Virus record (IMG/VR): IMGVR_UViG_3300029319_009044
Location: 64,001-128,000 of that record
Source: a virus
DNA length: 64,000 bases
Strand: one strand, 5' to 3'
The position numbers and the translations under genes were made by a program. Each line of letters starts with the position of its first letter. Positions within the stretch are counted from its first letter, which is position 1. Under the pieces are notes generated by a model. The model saw only the letters and a list, made by a program, of their open reading frames with translations, was not told the origin of the DNA and did no database searches. Below are positions 39,018 to 47,700 of this stretch, one piece after another.

Positions 39018-39742
39018 AACACGATAAAAAATTATTAAAAACAGTTCATGGATCGCATGAAGGTATAGATAAGCAAGTATATACTAACAGCGTTATACCG
39101 TTAGAAGACATGAAAAAGATAGGTCGTCGGTTTATGGGAGCTGGAATGTCGCAAAGCTATTCAGCTATTTATTGGCAAGAATATTTTATTGAGTCGAATA
39201 GATTTCAATATATAGTAGAATTAGGAAGTCAAAAAGGAGCTTTAAGTACATACTTAGCTAATATGGCAGCAATTACAGAATCTTATTTCTTTGATACTTA
39301 TGAAGCTTTTCCTTATCCACAAGAAGAAACTGATGGAAGTGATATGCAAGCCCGGGCTCATTATAATGGTACAGGTCATTGGTTTAGTAGAGAGCATGAA
39401 GGAGTAGGTCATTGGTTTGAAAAATTAGCTGAAATATCACCATATATAAATATTCACTATAAAAATGTTTTTGATAAAAAGACTTTTAAGCACATCGAAG
39501 AAAATATTAAAGAGTATAAAACTTATATTTTTTGCGATGGAGGTAATAAATTAAGAGAATTAAATTTATATGCAAGATTACTTAAAAGTGGAGATAGAAT
39601 AGCAGTACATGATTGGGGTGTTGAGATTCACCCTGAGCAAGTACAACCAATTCTAGATAAATTTGATTTAGTTTATGATGAACCTTTTGCAAAATCTGCT
39701 ACTGATTTAGGTACATGGATAATGCCTTTTCGGAAAAAATAA
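39014..39742 (+). CDS. SAM-dependent O-methyltransferase-like protein (CmcI-like)
   Basis: IVELGSQKG, FCDGGNK..E, GDRIAVHDW. Confidence 0.6.
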   Translation: MKHDKKLLKTVHGSHEGIDKQVYTNSVIPLEDMKKIGRRFMGAGMSQSYSAIYWQEYFIESNRFQYIVELGSQKGALSTYLANMAAITESYFFDTYEAFPYPQEETDGSDMQARAHYNGTGHWFSREHEGVGHWFEKLAEISPYINIHYKNVFDKKTFKHIEENIKEYKTYIFCDGGNKLRELNLYARLLKSGDRIAVHDWGVEIHPEQVQPILDKFDLVYDEPFAKSATDLGTWIMPFRKK

Positions 39743-40482
39743 TGAAATATAATCTTAATGATATTTGTTCTGAAGAAGAAGATTTATGGCAAGATCCTTT
39801 AAAGACAAAAATATTTTCATCACTACCAACTAACAGTATCATAATTGATGGAGGTTGCAGAGACGGAGATTGGATTCATGCAGTTACTCACTACTTAAAA
39901 TTAAATTTAAATATAGAAAAAGAAAAATTTATTCTGGTTGGGATAGATCCTATTTACTCACCGAGTATTTTTAGATATAACTTTTATGTAGAGGGAGCAA
40001 TATCTAATGAAAATAAAAAACAGGCTTCCTTTTTTATAGTAGAAAACGAACCTGGTTGTAATTCTCTTAAAAGACCGAGTGATTGTTTACAAGAAAGTAT
40101 ATACGGTAATAAAAAAAGAGAAATTTCTAAAGTAGAAAAAATTAAAACATATAGATTAGATAAAATTATTAGTAATATAATTAATAGAACAGAAGGCTCC
40201 CCCGGTTATCTTAAATTAGATGTACAAGGGTCGGAACTTGAGTGCTTAGAAGGAGCTGGAAAATTTTTAAAAGAATTTATGTTTATTGAAACAGAAATAG
40301 GTTTAGATAAAAATAAAAATTTTTATGATCAAGGTAGTAAATTAGATGAAGTAATAGAAGTATTAAATAATAAAAATTTTGAACCTATACTATATACTAA
40401 ATACTCTAGCAGCCCATTGCCAGAAGGTGAAATAATATTTAAAAATAAAAATTGGAATTTAGATAAAAAGAAATGGATATAG
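39742..40482 (+). CDS. FkbM-family methyltransferase
   Basis: IDGG..DG, GIDP, AIS, NSL, RLD, LKLDVQGSELECLEGA. The start is probably the ATG overlapping the upstream stop. Confidence 0.8.
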   Translation: MKYNLNDICSEEEDLWQDPLKTKIFSSLPTNSIIIDGGCRDGDWIHAVTHYLKLNLNIEKEKFILVGIDPIYSPSIFRYNFYVEGAISNENKKQASFFIVENEPGCNSLKRPSDCLQESIYGNKKREISKVEKIKTYRLDKIISNIINRTEGSPGYLKLDVQGSELECLEGAGKFLKEFMFIETEIGLDKNKNFYDQGSKLDEVIEVLNNKNFEPILYTKYSSSPLPEGEIIFKNKNWNLDKKKWI

Positions 40483-41258
40483 TTATACAAGGTAAAGTAT
40501 TTCCAAATACTTACGAAACTGCTAAATGTTATACTACATTAGATTTTATAGATAAAGTAATTATATCTACTTGGGATAATGAAACGTTAGAATCAGATAA
40601 TAAAAATGTAGTAGTTGTTAAGAGCCCTGTGCCTTATACTCCACCTATGAATTTAAATTTGCAATTAGTATCTGTCAATGAAGGACTAAAACATGTCACT
40701 TCTGAATATACTATGAAGTTTAGAAGTGATCAAATGGTCATGAAAAGTAGTATGAAAATGCTAAAGAGATTTGTAGATAAAAAAGGTTTTGATTGCGATA
40801 TAAAATATACTGATGGTTCAGGTCCTAAAGGTAAAATTTATGCGGTGGGTATGGGTAGTCATTTTCCTTACCACCCTCAGGATCATATCTTTTGGGGTCA
40901 TACTGAAGATATTAAATCTCTATATAGTTGCCCTCTTTATAAAGAAGGGGAGCCAATAACACCAACATGGGAAGGTGGTTTTGAAAATGAAACAGTAAGA
41001 ATACCTTGTTATTTTGGATCACATTATTTTGCTAAATTTAATTCTGAAGTATATGAGCATATAGAAAATTATAAAGATTTTTTATTAGATACATCTCCAA
41101 GTAGATATAGAGCTATGCAAATATCAGAAGAATTAAGAGATAAAATTTTTGGTGTGTTTCCTAGAATTAAAATGTGGTGGGAGAAATACAATACAGGATA
41201 CAAGTATGATCTATATGAACCACAAGGAGAATATTATTATGACGAAGAGTGGGAATAA
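40473..41258 (+). CDS. WavE-like polysaccharide synthesis protein
   Basis: IVIQG, IISTW, NLNLQL.S..GL, K.RSD, DHIFWG. Confidence 0.75.
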   Translation: MDIVIQGKVFPNTYETAKCYTTLDFIDKVIISTWDNETLESDNKNVVVVKSPVPYTPPMNLNLQLVSVNEGLKHVTSEYTMKFRSDQMVMKSSMKMLKRFVDKKGFDCDIKYTDGSGPKGKIYAVGMGSHFPYHPQDHIFWGHTEDIKSLYSCPLYKEGEPITPTWEGGFENETVRIPCYFGSHYFAKFNSEVYEHIENYKDFLLDTSPSRYRAMQISEELRDKIFGVFPRIKMWWEKYNTGYKYDLYEPQGEYYYDEEWE

Positions 41259-41724
41259 GCTTATTGCACATAGAGGTAATACTACTGGAAAATCAAAGCA
41301 CGAGAATGACCCTCAATATATTTTAAATGCTTTAGATCAAGGTTATGATGTAGAAGTGGATGTAAGTTATAGAGATAAAAACTTTTGGTTAGGTCATGAC
41401 AATAATAAATATAGAGTAAATTTAGATTTTTTAAGCGATGAAAGAATATGGTGTCATTTAAAAGATAAAGAAAGTTTAAAGCAAATAATTGACATTATAG
41501 GTAGCGAAGAAATAAATTACTTTTGGCATACTTCTGAAGATTTTGTAATAACTTCAAAAGGATTTTTATGGCATCATTCTAAATGCCCTCTTTCAGATCT
41601 TACAAGTAAATCTATTATAGTACTTCCGGAAAATAAAAAAATATTTCCAAGAAGAAATAAACTATACAAAAAAATAAATCATTGCTATGGCATATGTAGT
41701 GATTATATTAAGATGTATGTTTAA
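41239..41724 (+). CDS. Glycerophosphodiester phosphodiesterase-like protein
   Basis: IAHRGN, EN.P.YI..AL..GYDVEVDV, LGHD, WCH.K, FWH, GICSDY; start approximate. Confidence 0.75.
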   Translation: MTKSGNKLIAHRGNTTGKSKHENDPQYILNALDQGYDVEVDVSYRDKNFWLGHDNNKYRVNLDFLSDERIWCHLKDKESLKQIIDIIGSEEINYFWHTSEDFVITSKGFLWHHSKCPLSDLTSKSIIVLPENKKIFPRRNKLYKKINHCYGICSDYIKMYV

Positions 41725-42184
41725 GCTTTTAATTTTAGATGTAGATGGGGTACTTACAACAGGCTGTAAAACATATGACCTCGAAGGTAATGTTATTAGT
41801 AAGGAATTTAACGATAAAGACTTTACTGCAATAAAACGTTTTAAAGAGAAGGGATTAAAGGTATGTTTCTTAACTGCTGATGATAGAGTTAATCGTATAG
41901 TAGCAAAAAATAGAAATATTGATTTCTACTACGTAAGAGAAATGACTAAAAAAAATAAAGTTGAGACACTTCCTTATCTTACTAGTAAATATAAAGTTAC
42001 TTTAGATGAGATAGCATATATAGGTGATGATCTACCTGATTTTGATATTATAAAAAAATTAAAACATACTTACTGTCCAAGTGATGCAATACTAAAAATT
42101 AAAAACCAAGTTAAAACGATCCTCGAAAGAAGGGGTGGTACTGGAGTTATTGCAGAACTATATGATAATATATTTAATGAATAG
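41718..42184 (+). CDS. KdsC-like HAD phosphatase
   Basis: LILDVDGVLT, K.FN.KD, AYIGDDLPD, GG.GV; start approximate. Confidence 0.8.
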
Positions 42185-42866
42185 TATCTCTCTATATGGG
42201 CATTTAACTACTGATACTATTTTTGATGGTAATACAACTTATAATTCGGTAGGAGGTTTAGGTAATGTATGGTTTATGTTATCTAAAATCTGTAAGAATT
42301 ATCAAGTAAATGTTGAGCCTACAAATGTTGGAGAAGCATTAATTTTAGTCAATAAAGATAAAGCAGAAAGATCATCAATAGCAAATTTAAATAAAATAAA
42401 AAGAACACCAGTCATTAAAGATTCAGAATGGTCACATATACTTTACGTAAATGAATTAGATGATATATCATTTATTAAAGATGTAAGAAATAAAAGTAAG
42501 ATAGTTTCTATAGATATTTGTAAAGGTAGACCATTTAAACAGTTTGATATTTTAAAATATATTGATTACTTTTTTATATCTGATGAAGATTTATTTATGG
42601 ATGTAAATGAGTTAGCTAAAAAAGTTAAGGGTTGGGTTATCTTACATCATAAAGGCGGTAGTAGTTGTTTAAGTAAAGATAAAGTATTTGATACATCTAC
42701 ACCAGTTATTGATGGTATAAATGTTTTAGGAGCAGGGGATATGTTTGCTGCAGCAACAATAAACTGCATTCTCAATACAGTTGATAAATCTAATTTGCAG
42801 TATAATATAAAAGAAGCGCACTCTATTACTTCAAAAATTTTAGCTGAAATAAATGAAAAAAACTAA
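42177..42866 (+). CDS. PfkB-family carbohydrate kinase
   Basis: GG..N, FISDED, C-terminal GAGDMFAA; start approximate. Confidence 0.75.
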   Translation: MNSISLYGHLTTDTIFDGNTTYNSVGGLGNVWFMLSKICKNYQVNVEPTNVGEALILVNKDKAERSSIANLNKIKRTPVIKDSEWSHILYVNELDDISFIKDVRNKSKIVSIDICKGRPFKQFDILKYIDYFFISDEDLFMDVNELAKKVKGWVILHHKGGSSCLSKDKVFDTSTPVIDGINVLGAGDMFAAATINCILNTVDKSNLQYNIKEAHSITSKILAEINEKN

Positions 42867-44019
42867 TATACTAATTCCTATAGCTGGTAGAGGTCAACGT
42901 TTTGTTGATCAAGGCTATGTAATGCCTAAACAACTTATAATGGTTGATGATAAGCAAATGATTGATTGGAGTTTAGATTCAATTCTTAAGAAAGAAGAAT
43001 GTAATCTTATATTTGCTATAAGAAGGGATCATATAAGTAACTTTTCATTAGATAAAATTTTAAAGAGTAGGTATGGAGATGATATTAAAATTATTATTAT
43101 AGATAAGATTACTAGAGGGTCAGTAGAGACCTGCTTACAAGCAGAAAAATATATTGATAATGATAATCCTTTAATAGTATATACTCTAGATGTTTTCTTT
43201 GAACCATCTTTTGATCCTACAAAAATAGATCATAATATTAATGGTTCAATTTTAACATTTAAAAGTAACAACCCTGCTTACAGTTATGCATCACTAGATA
43301 AAAATAAAAACGTAATAAAAACAGCTGAAAAAGAAGTTATCAGTGAAAATGCTGCTGTTGGTGTATATACGTTTACTAAAGGTAGTGAATTTGTAAAGTA
43401 TGCTAAGTTAATGATAGACTTAGATCTTACTACAAATAATGAATTTTATATTTGCCCATTATATAATTTAATGATTGAGGATGGTTGTACTATCAAGACT
43501 AAAGATGTAGAAAAAATGCATCTCATGGGAACGCCTGAAGAGCTAAATTTTTTCGTAACTCATACATTAAAAACTTTTGGTGATAAACCAATCGCTCTCT
43601 GTGCAGATCATTCAGGATGGGATCTTAAAGAACAAGCTAAATCTATTTTAGATAAATACGAGTTACCATATACTGATTTTGGTACTTTTGTTAATAAAGA
43701 TTGCGATTATAATGATTACGTTTTTCAGGTTACAGATTTTATTAATAAAGGTAATTGTGATTTTGCTTTAGCTTTTTGTAGAACTGGTCAAGGTATGAAT
43801 ATATCTGGTAATAAGCAAAAAGGTATCCGAAGTGCTTTAGTATTTAATGAATACACAGCTGAATATGCTGTTAGGCATAATTGCGCAAATTATTTTTCTA
43901 TACCAAGTAAATTTGTAGATAAAGAGTTATTAGATGATATGATTTATATCTGGATAACTACTACTTTTGATGGAGGTAGACATGCGACCCGTATTCAAAA
44001 AGCAGAAACTGGTAAGTAA
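42853..44019 (+). CDS. Sugar-phosphate nucleotidyltransferase fused to an RpiB-family isomerase
   Basis: N-domain: IPIAGRGQRF...PKQLI, NEFYICP.YN, MGTPEEL. C-domain: ADHSG..LK, DY.DY, CRTGQGM, NK..GIR, HNCAN, FDGGRH..R. Confidence 0.85.
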   Translation: MKKTNILIPIAGRGQRFVDQGYVMPKQLIMVDDKQMIDWSLDSILKKEECNLIFAIRRDHISNFSLDKILKSRYGDDIKIIIIDKITRGSVETCLQAEKYIDNDNPLIVYTLDVFFEPSFDPTKIDHNINGSILTFKSNNPAYSYASLDKNKNVIKTAEKEVISENAAVGVYTFTKGSEFVKYAKLMIDLDLTTNNEFYICPLYNLMIEDGCTIKTKDVEKMHLMGTPEELNFFVTHTLKTFGDKPIALCADHSGWDLKEQAKSILDKYELPYTDFGTFVNKDCDYNDYVFQVTDFINKGNCDFALAFCRTGQGMNISGNKQKGIRSALVFNEYTAEYAVRHNCANYFSIPSKFVDKELLDDMIYIWITTTFDGGRHATRIQKAETGK

Positions 44020-44363
44020 TGGAAGTAAAGCATATAGATAATTTTACTAATGGTTGGTTTATTGGTGATTTTGAACCATCATTATTTAAAAATCCTTTTT
44101 TTGAGGTCGCTCATCAACACCATAAAAAAGGTAAAATAGGTGATAAACATTTTCATAAACTTACAACTGAGGTTACGTATATTGTTACTGGTTCAATGAA
44201 GATAAATGATCTTGCACTTAATAGAGAGCGATTTTTAAAAGCTGGTAATATGTTTACTTTCTTTCCTAACGAAGTATCTGATGTAGAGTTTTTAGAGGAT
44301 TCTGATCTTATAGTAGTAAGATGGCCATCTATACCTACTGATAAATATATGGTTGAACTATAA
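44019..44363 (+). CDS. Cupin-domain protein
   Basis: GWFIGDFEP, HFHK...E, G.M, PSIPTDKY. Confidence 0.75.
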   Translation: MEVKHIDNFTNGWFIGDFEPSLFKNPFFEVAHQHHKKGKIGDKHFHKLTTEVTYIVTGSMKINDLALNRERFLKAGNMFTFFPNEVSDVEFLEDSDLIVVRWPSIPTDKYMVEL

Positions 44364-44380
44364 TAACCAGTTACTATAAT
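44353..44380 (+). promoter_or_regulatory. sigma70-type promoter
   Basis: TTGAAC-N16-TATAAT-N6-ATG(44387). Confidence 0.6.
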
Positions 44381-44386
44381 AATTGT

Positions 44387-45463
44387 ATGAAGAAAGCTTT
44401 AGTTTTAGGTGCCGGTGGCTTTATCGGTAATCATTTAGTATCACGTCTTAAAAAAGAAGGTTATTGGGTAAGAGGAGTTGATTTAAAAACTCCTGATTAT
44501 TGTGAATCTGAAGCAGATGAATTTATCTATGGTGCTGCTGGTGATTTAAGAGATCAAAATAACTGTAAACGTTTAGTAAAGTTTGATGGTGAGCAAGGTA
44601 ATTATTATAAAAGTGTACCTGAGCAATATAAAAGACCATTTGATGAAATTTATCAACTAGCTGCTGATATGGGCGGTGCTGGTTTTATTTTTACTGGAGA
44701 AAATGATGCTGATATTATGCATAATTCTGCTTCTATAAATCTTAATATTTTAAATGCAGTAAAAGAATTTAATGAACATAGATTTAATGATAATGTAGAT
44801 AATGCTGATGCATATAATAAAAGCAAAACTAATGACACTAAAATATTTTATAGTAGTAGTGCTTGTATGTATCCTGAACATAATCAGTTAGATCCTGATA
44901 ATCCTAATTGTGAGGAATCATCAGCATACCCCGCTAACCCGGATTCAGAATATGGTTGGGAAAAACTATTTAGCGAACGACTTTATTTAACTTATAATAG
45001 AAATCATGGCATACCAGTTCGCGTAGCTAGATTTCATAATATTTTTGGACCACTAGGTACATGGAATGGTGGTAGAGAAAAAGCACCAGCTGCTATTTGC
45101 AGAAAGGTAATTGAAAGTAGTGGTGAAATTGAAATATGGGGTGACGGAAAACAAACTAGAAGCTTTCTATACGTAGATGAATGTGTTGAAGGTATTAGAC
45201 GTTTAATGGATTCTGATTTTACTGGTCCTGTTAATATTGGTTCAGATGAAATGGTAACTATTAACGAGTTAGTAGATATAGCCTGTTCAGTAGAAAATAA
45301 ACAAATTACTAAAAAGCATATTGATGGTCCATTGGGTGTAGCTGGTAGAAATTCTGATAATAAGCTTATTAGTGAAAAGGTTGGCTGGGCTCCAAATTAC
45401 CCTTTAGCTAAAGGTATTGAAAAAACATATAAGTGGATTAAAGAGCAAGTTAATTTAAAATAA
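44387..45463 (+). CDS. NAD-dependent epimerase, GDP-mannose 3,5-epimerase type
   Basis: GAGGFIG, LAADMGGAGFI, SSSACMYP, YGWEKL, RFHNIFGP, GGREKAPAA.CRK, WGDG.QTRSF. Confidence 0.88.
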   Translation: MKKALVLGAGGFIGNHLVSRLKKEGYWVRGVDLKTPDYCESEADEFIYGAAGDLRDQNNCKRLVKFDGEQGNYYKSVPEQYKRPFDEIYQLAADMGGAGFIFTGENDADIMHNSASINLNILNAVKEFNEHRFNDNVDNADAYNKSKTNDTKIFYSSSACMYPEHNQLDPDNPNCEESSAYPANPDSEYGWEKLFSERLYLTYNRNHGIPVRVARFHNIFGPLGTWNGGREKAPAAICRKVIESSGEIEIWGDGKQTRSFLYVDECVEGIRRLMDSDFTGPVNIGSDEMVTINELVDIACSVENKQITKKHIDGPLGVAGRNSDNKLISEKVGWAPNYPLAKGIEKTYKWIKEQVNLK

Positions 45464-45466
45464 GAT

Positions 45467-46048
45467 ATGGTTATTAAGCAAGGAGTATACGACGGTAATT
45501 TTATTCATAATAGATTTGCATACGAACAATTTCGTAAAGAAGTTTCTCCGTATGGTAATATTGTAGCTTTTAGAGCTCCGATGTATGTAAAAGATGCTTT
45601 AATAGATCTTGAAGATACACTGAGTAACGACTTTATTCATAGTCAAGATGCGGTTAATTTTTGTTGGGAAATACCTGGCTTGTGTCCATTAGGTGCAGTA
45701 TCTTTTCAAAGACTTTTTAATACAGCAGTAGCTAATATATTGGCTGGTTATATTAATAAAGGTATCGTAATTGATGGTGATGATCTTATGGTGCAAGATG
45801 AGTTTGTGGGTATAGATAATAAAGTTAGACAGTCCGGTAAGGTAAGCGTTTCTATTACTTACTCTAAAGATAATGTTACTCTTGGTCATACTGGTATTAA
45901 TATTACAGCTGGAGATAAAGCGCCGGCTTTTGCTTATTCTTCGAATCTAAGTGATAATGAAGTAAATGATTTTATGCTTAATGTTATTGACTATTTTAAC
46001 GCTGAGGTAAAGGATCAGTTTATTGCGACTACTAAAATTATTGTATGA
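45467..46048 (+). CDS. DUF366-like protein (lipoate/biotin-ligase-related fold)
   Basis: YDG, IVAFR.P, IDLED, FQRLF, GDDL, KVSVSI, HTGINI. Confidence 0.6.
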   Translation: MVIKQGVYDGNFIHNRFAYEQFRKEVSPYGNIVAFRAPMYVKDALIDLEDTLSNDFIHSQDAVNFCWEIPGLCPLGAVSFQRLFNTAVANILAGYINKGIVIDGDDLMVQDEFVGIDNKVRQSGKVSVSITYSKDNVTLGHTGINITAGDKAPAFAYSSNLSDNEVNDFMLNVIDYFNAEVKDQFIATTKIIV

Positions 46049-46197
46049 CAATTTGGAGACTTTGGGCTAAAGCATTAGGTGAAAAATCAGGATCTAATAA
46101 CGAAGCAGATATAATTGCTTTAATACGTACATTAATTATATTACAAGCTATATTATGTAACTTTTTTATTGTAGCTAATATTGTAAAAAATTGGTAA
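46045..46197 (+). CDS. Small membrane protein (50 aa)
   Basis: Not in the ORF track: MTIWRLWAKALGEKSGSNNEADIIALIRTLIILQAILCNFFIVANIVKNW. It overlaps both neighbours (ATGA, TAATG). Confidence 0.7.
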   Translation: MTIWRLWAKALGEKSGSNNEADIIALIRTLIILQAILCNFFIVANIVKNW

Positions 46198-46571
46198 TGA
46201 ACTTTTTTCAATTACAAAATAAATTATTTTATTCTAAAAAGAATGAAGCTGGTGAATTAGACTCAGAAGGCGAGCAAGCTTTTGTACCGTTCCTTTTTAA
46301 TAGATGGCTTTCCTTTTATAGTAAGGAACTACCTGGTTTTGTTAATGAGACTTTAAATAAATTTGGAAATATATTTGACGATAAACAAGAAGTATATAAA
46401 TTATATTATTATCTTATACCTCGTCTAAAATGGAAGCGCATTTCCTATATTAAGAAAAAGAAAAAAGATAAAGAAGAGATTGAAGGTCTATATAATATAG
46501 CAAAAAATAAAAATATATCTACAAGAGAGATAGAGCAATACGTTGAATTAGATAAAATTTTATGTAAATAG
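46197..46571 (+). CDS. Clamp loader small subunit (gp62-like)
   Basis: FVPFLFNRWLSF..VNE.LN, YYYLIPR.K, I.KNKNISTRE...Y. Confidence 0.7.
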   Translation: MNFFQLQNKLFYSKKNEAGELDSEGEQAFVPFLFNRWLSFYSKELPGFVNETLNKFGNIFDDKQEVYKLYYYLIPRLKWKRISYIKKKKKDKEEIEGLYNIAKNKNISTREIEQYVELDKILCK

Positions 46572-46575
46572 CTGT

Positions 46576-46995
46576 ATGGCGATGGCAAGTATTGATAATT
46601 TAGCACCTACAAAAAGCTTAATCGACTTAACTCAAAAAGATAAAGGAGATTTTGGACTTGATGATTATGATTTAGACTTTATTTTTGATGATATTCTTTT
46701 AGTTGAATATGTAGATGAAACTGATGAAGGCGATGAAGTTATTCGTAATGGAATTGTAGTACCTACAAATGCTTTAACTAAAGCTTGGCGAAAGGGTAGA
46801 GTTATTCTTGCAGGTCCAGATACTAAACACGCAAAAGAAGGTGATATTGTAATCTTTCCAAATAATATGGGTGTTACTATTTCTAACATTTCAGTACGTG
46901 GCAAAGGTAAAGTTGCTAAAGGTATTTTCTTAAACGAAGAGAGAATGTTTGGTATTTGTAAACATAAAGATGATAATACAAAAAGCAACTCTTGA
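46576..46995 (+). CDS. GroES-like co-chaperonin
   Basis: DDILLVE, NGIVVP, GRVILAGP, K.GDIVIF, FLNEERMFG; late promoter GTAAATA-N5-ATG. Confidence 0.75.
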   Translation: MAMASIDNLAPTKSLIDLTQKDKGDFGLDDYDLDFIFDDILLVEYVDETDEGDEVIRNGIVVPTNALTKAWRKGRVILAGPDTKHAKEGDIVIFPNNMGVTISNISVRGKGKVAKGIFLNEERMFGICKHKDDNTKSNS

Positions 46996-47347
46996 TACCC
47001 TTCTTCAGAATAACGTACTTGAAGTGAGATTTCCTAGAAGAATAGTTAAAGCTGGTTTAGCTGCTACTAGAAGAATGCTTTGTACCAACTCTTTAACTTT
47101 ACTTAATTCAGTTAATGGTAGGATATCTTTAAATTATTTTGCACCTAAAGGACCTCCTAAGCCGTATCTCGGGCCTGATAATTTATCTGTTGCTTGGGAT
47201 ATTATAATGCAAGATTATAGAAATATAAATTGTAATCAAGTAGATTTAATACAAGAAATACCAGCAAATGATGACTTTTGGGTTTATTTTAACGAAAATA
47301 TATATCCAATGTCAGCACAGCAAAAATTAAATTTTATGAATTCATGA
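46970..47347 (+). CDS. SH3-like/WYL_2 (DUF2693-like) protein
   Basis: LLQNNVLEVRF....RRMLCT...VAWDI...YR; start approximate. Confidence 0.5.
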   Translation: MIIQKATLDTLLQNNVLEVRFPRRIVKAGLAATRRMLCTNSLTLLNSVNGRISLNYFAPKGPPKPYLGPDNLSVAWDIIMQDYRNINCNQVDLIQEIPANDDFWVYFNENIYPMSAQQKLNFMNS

Positions 47348-47697
47348 ACGTAAGTTTAGAAAGAGTATCAGATTTTTTAAAGCCCTTTTTATTAAAAGAT
47401 ATAATTATTAGAACTAATAAGAAAGTTCTTAAAAAAGGTAAATTTAAAATATTTCAAATTAAGCAATATTATATTAATTTTACTCTTGAAATAAACGGTG
47501 TTAATAAGAATTACGAAATTCCATATCCTTATAGCTTACAAAATGAAGAAGATATTGGTGTTTTAAATTACCATTTAAGCTCTTTTATACCTAAAGGACA
47601 AATGACAAGAGTAAAATTTTTAGATAGTTCTTCTAAATCAAAACTATATGACAGCCTTGTATATATATTGCCTTCAGATGGAAATATTATAAAATAA
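47344..47697 (+). CDS. Hypothetical protein
   Basis: 117-aa ORF with ATGA coupling. Confidence 0.55.
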   Translation: MNVSLERVSDFLKPFLLKDIIIRTNKKVLKKGKFKIFQIKQYYINFTLEINGVNKNYEIPYPYSLQNEEDIGVLNYHLSSFIPKGQMTRVKFLDSSSKSKLYDSLVYILPSDGNIIK

Positions 47698-47700
47698 AGT

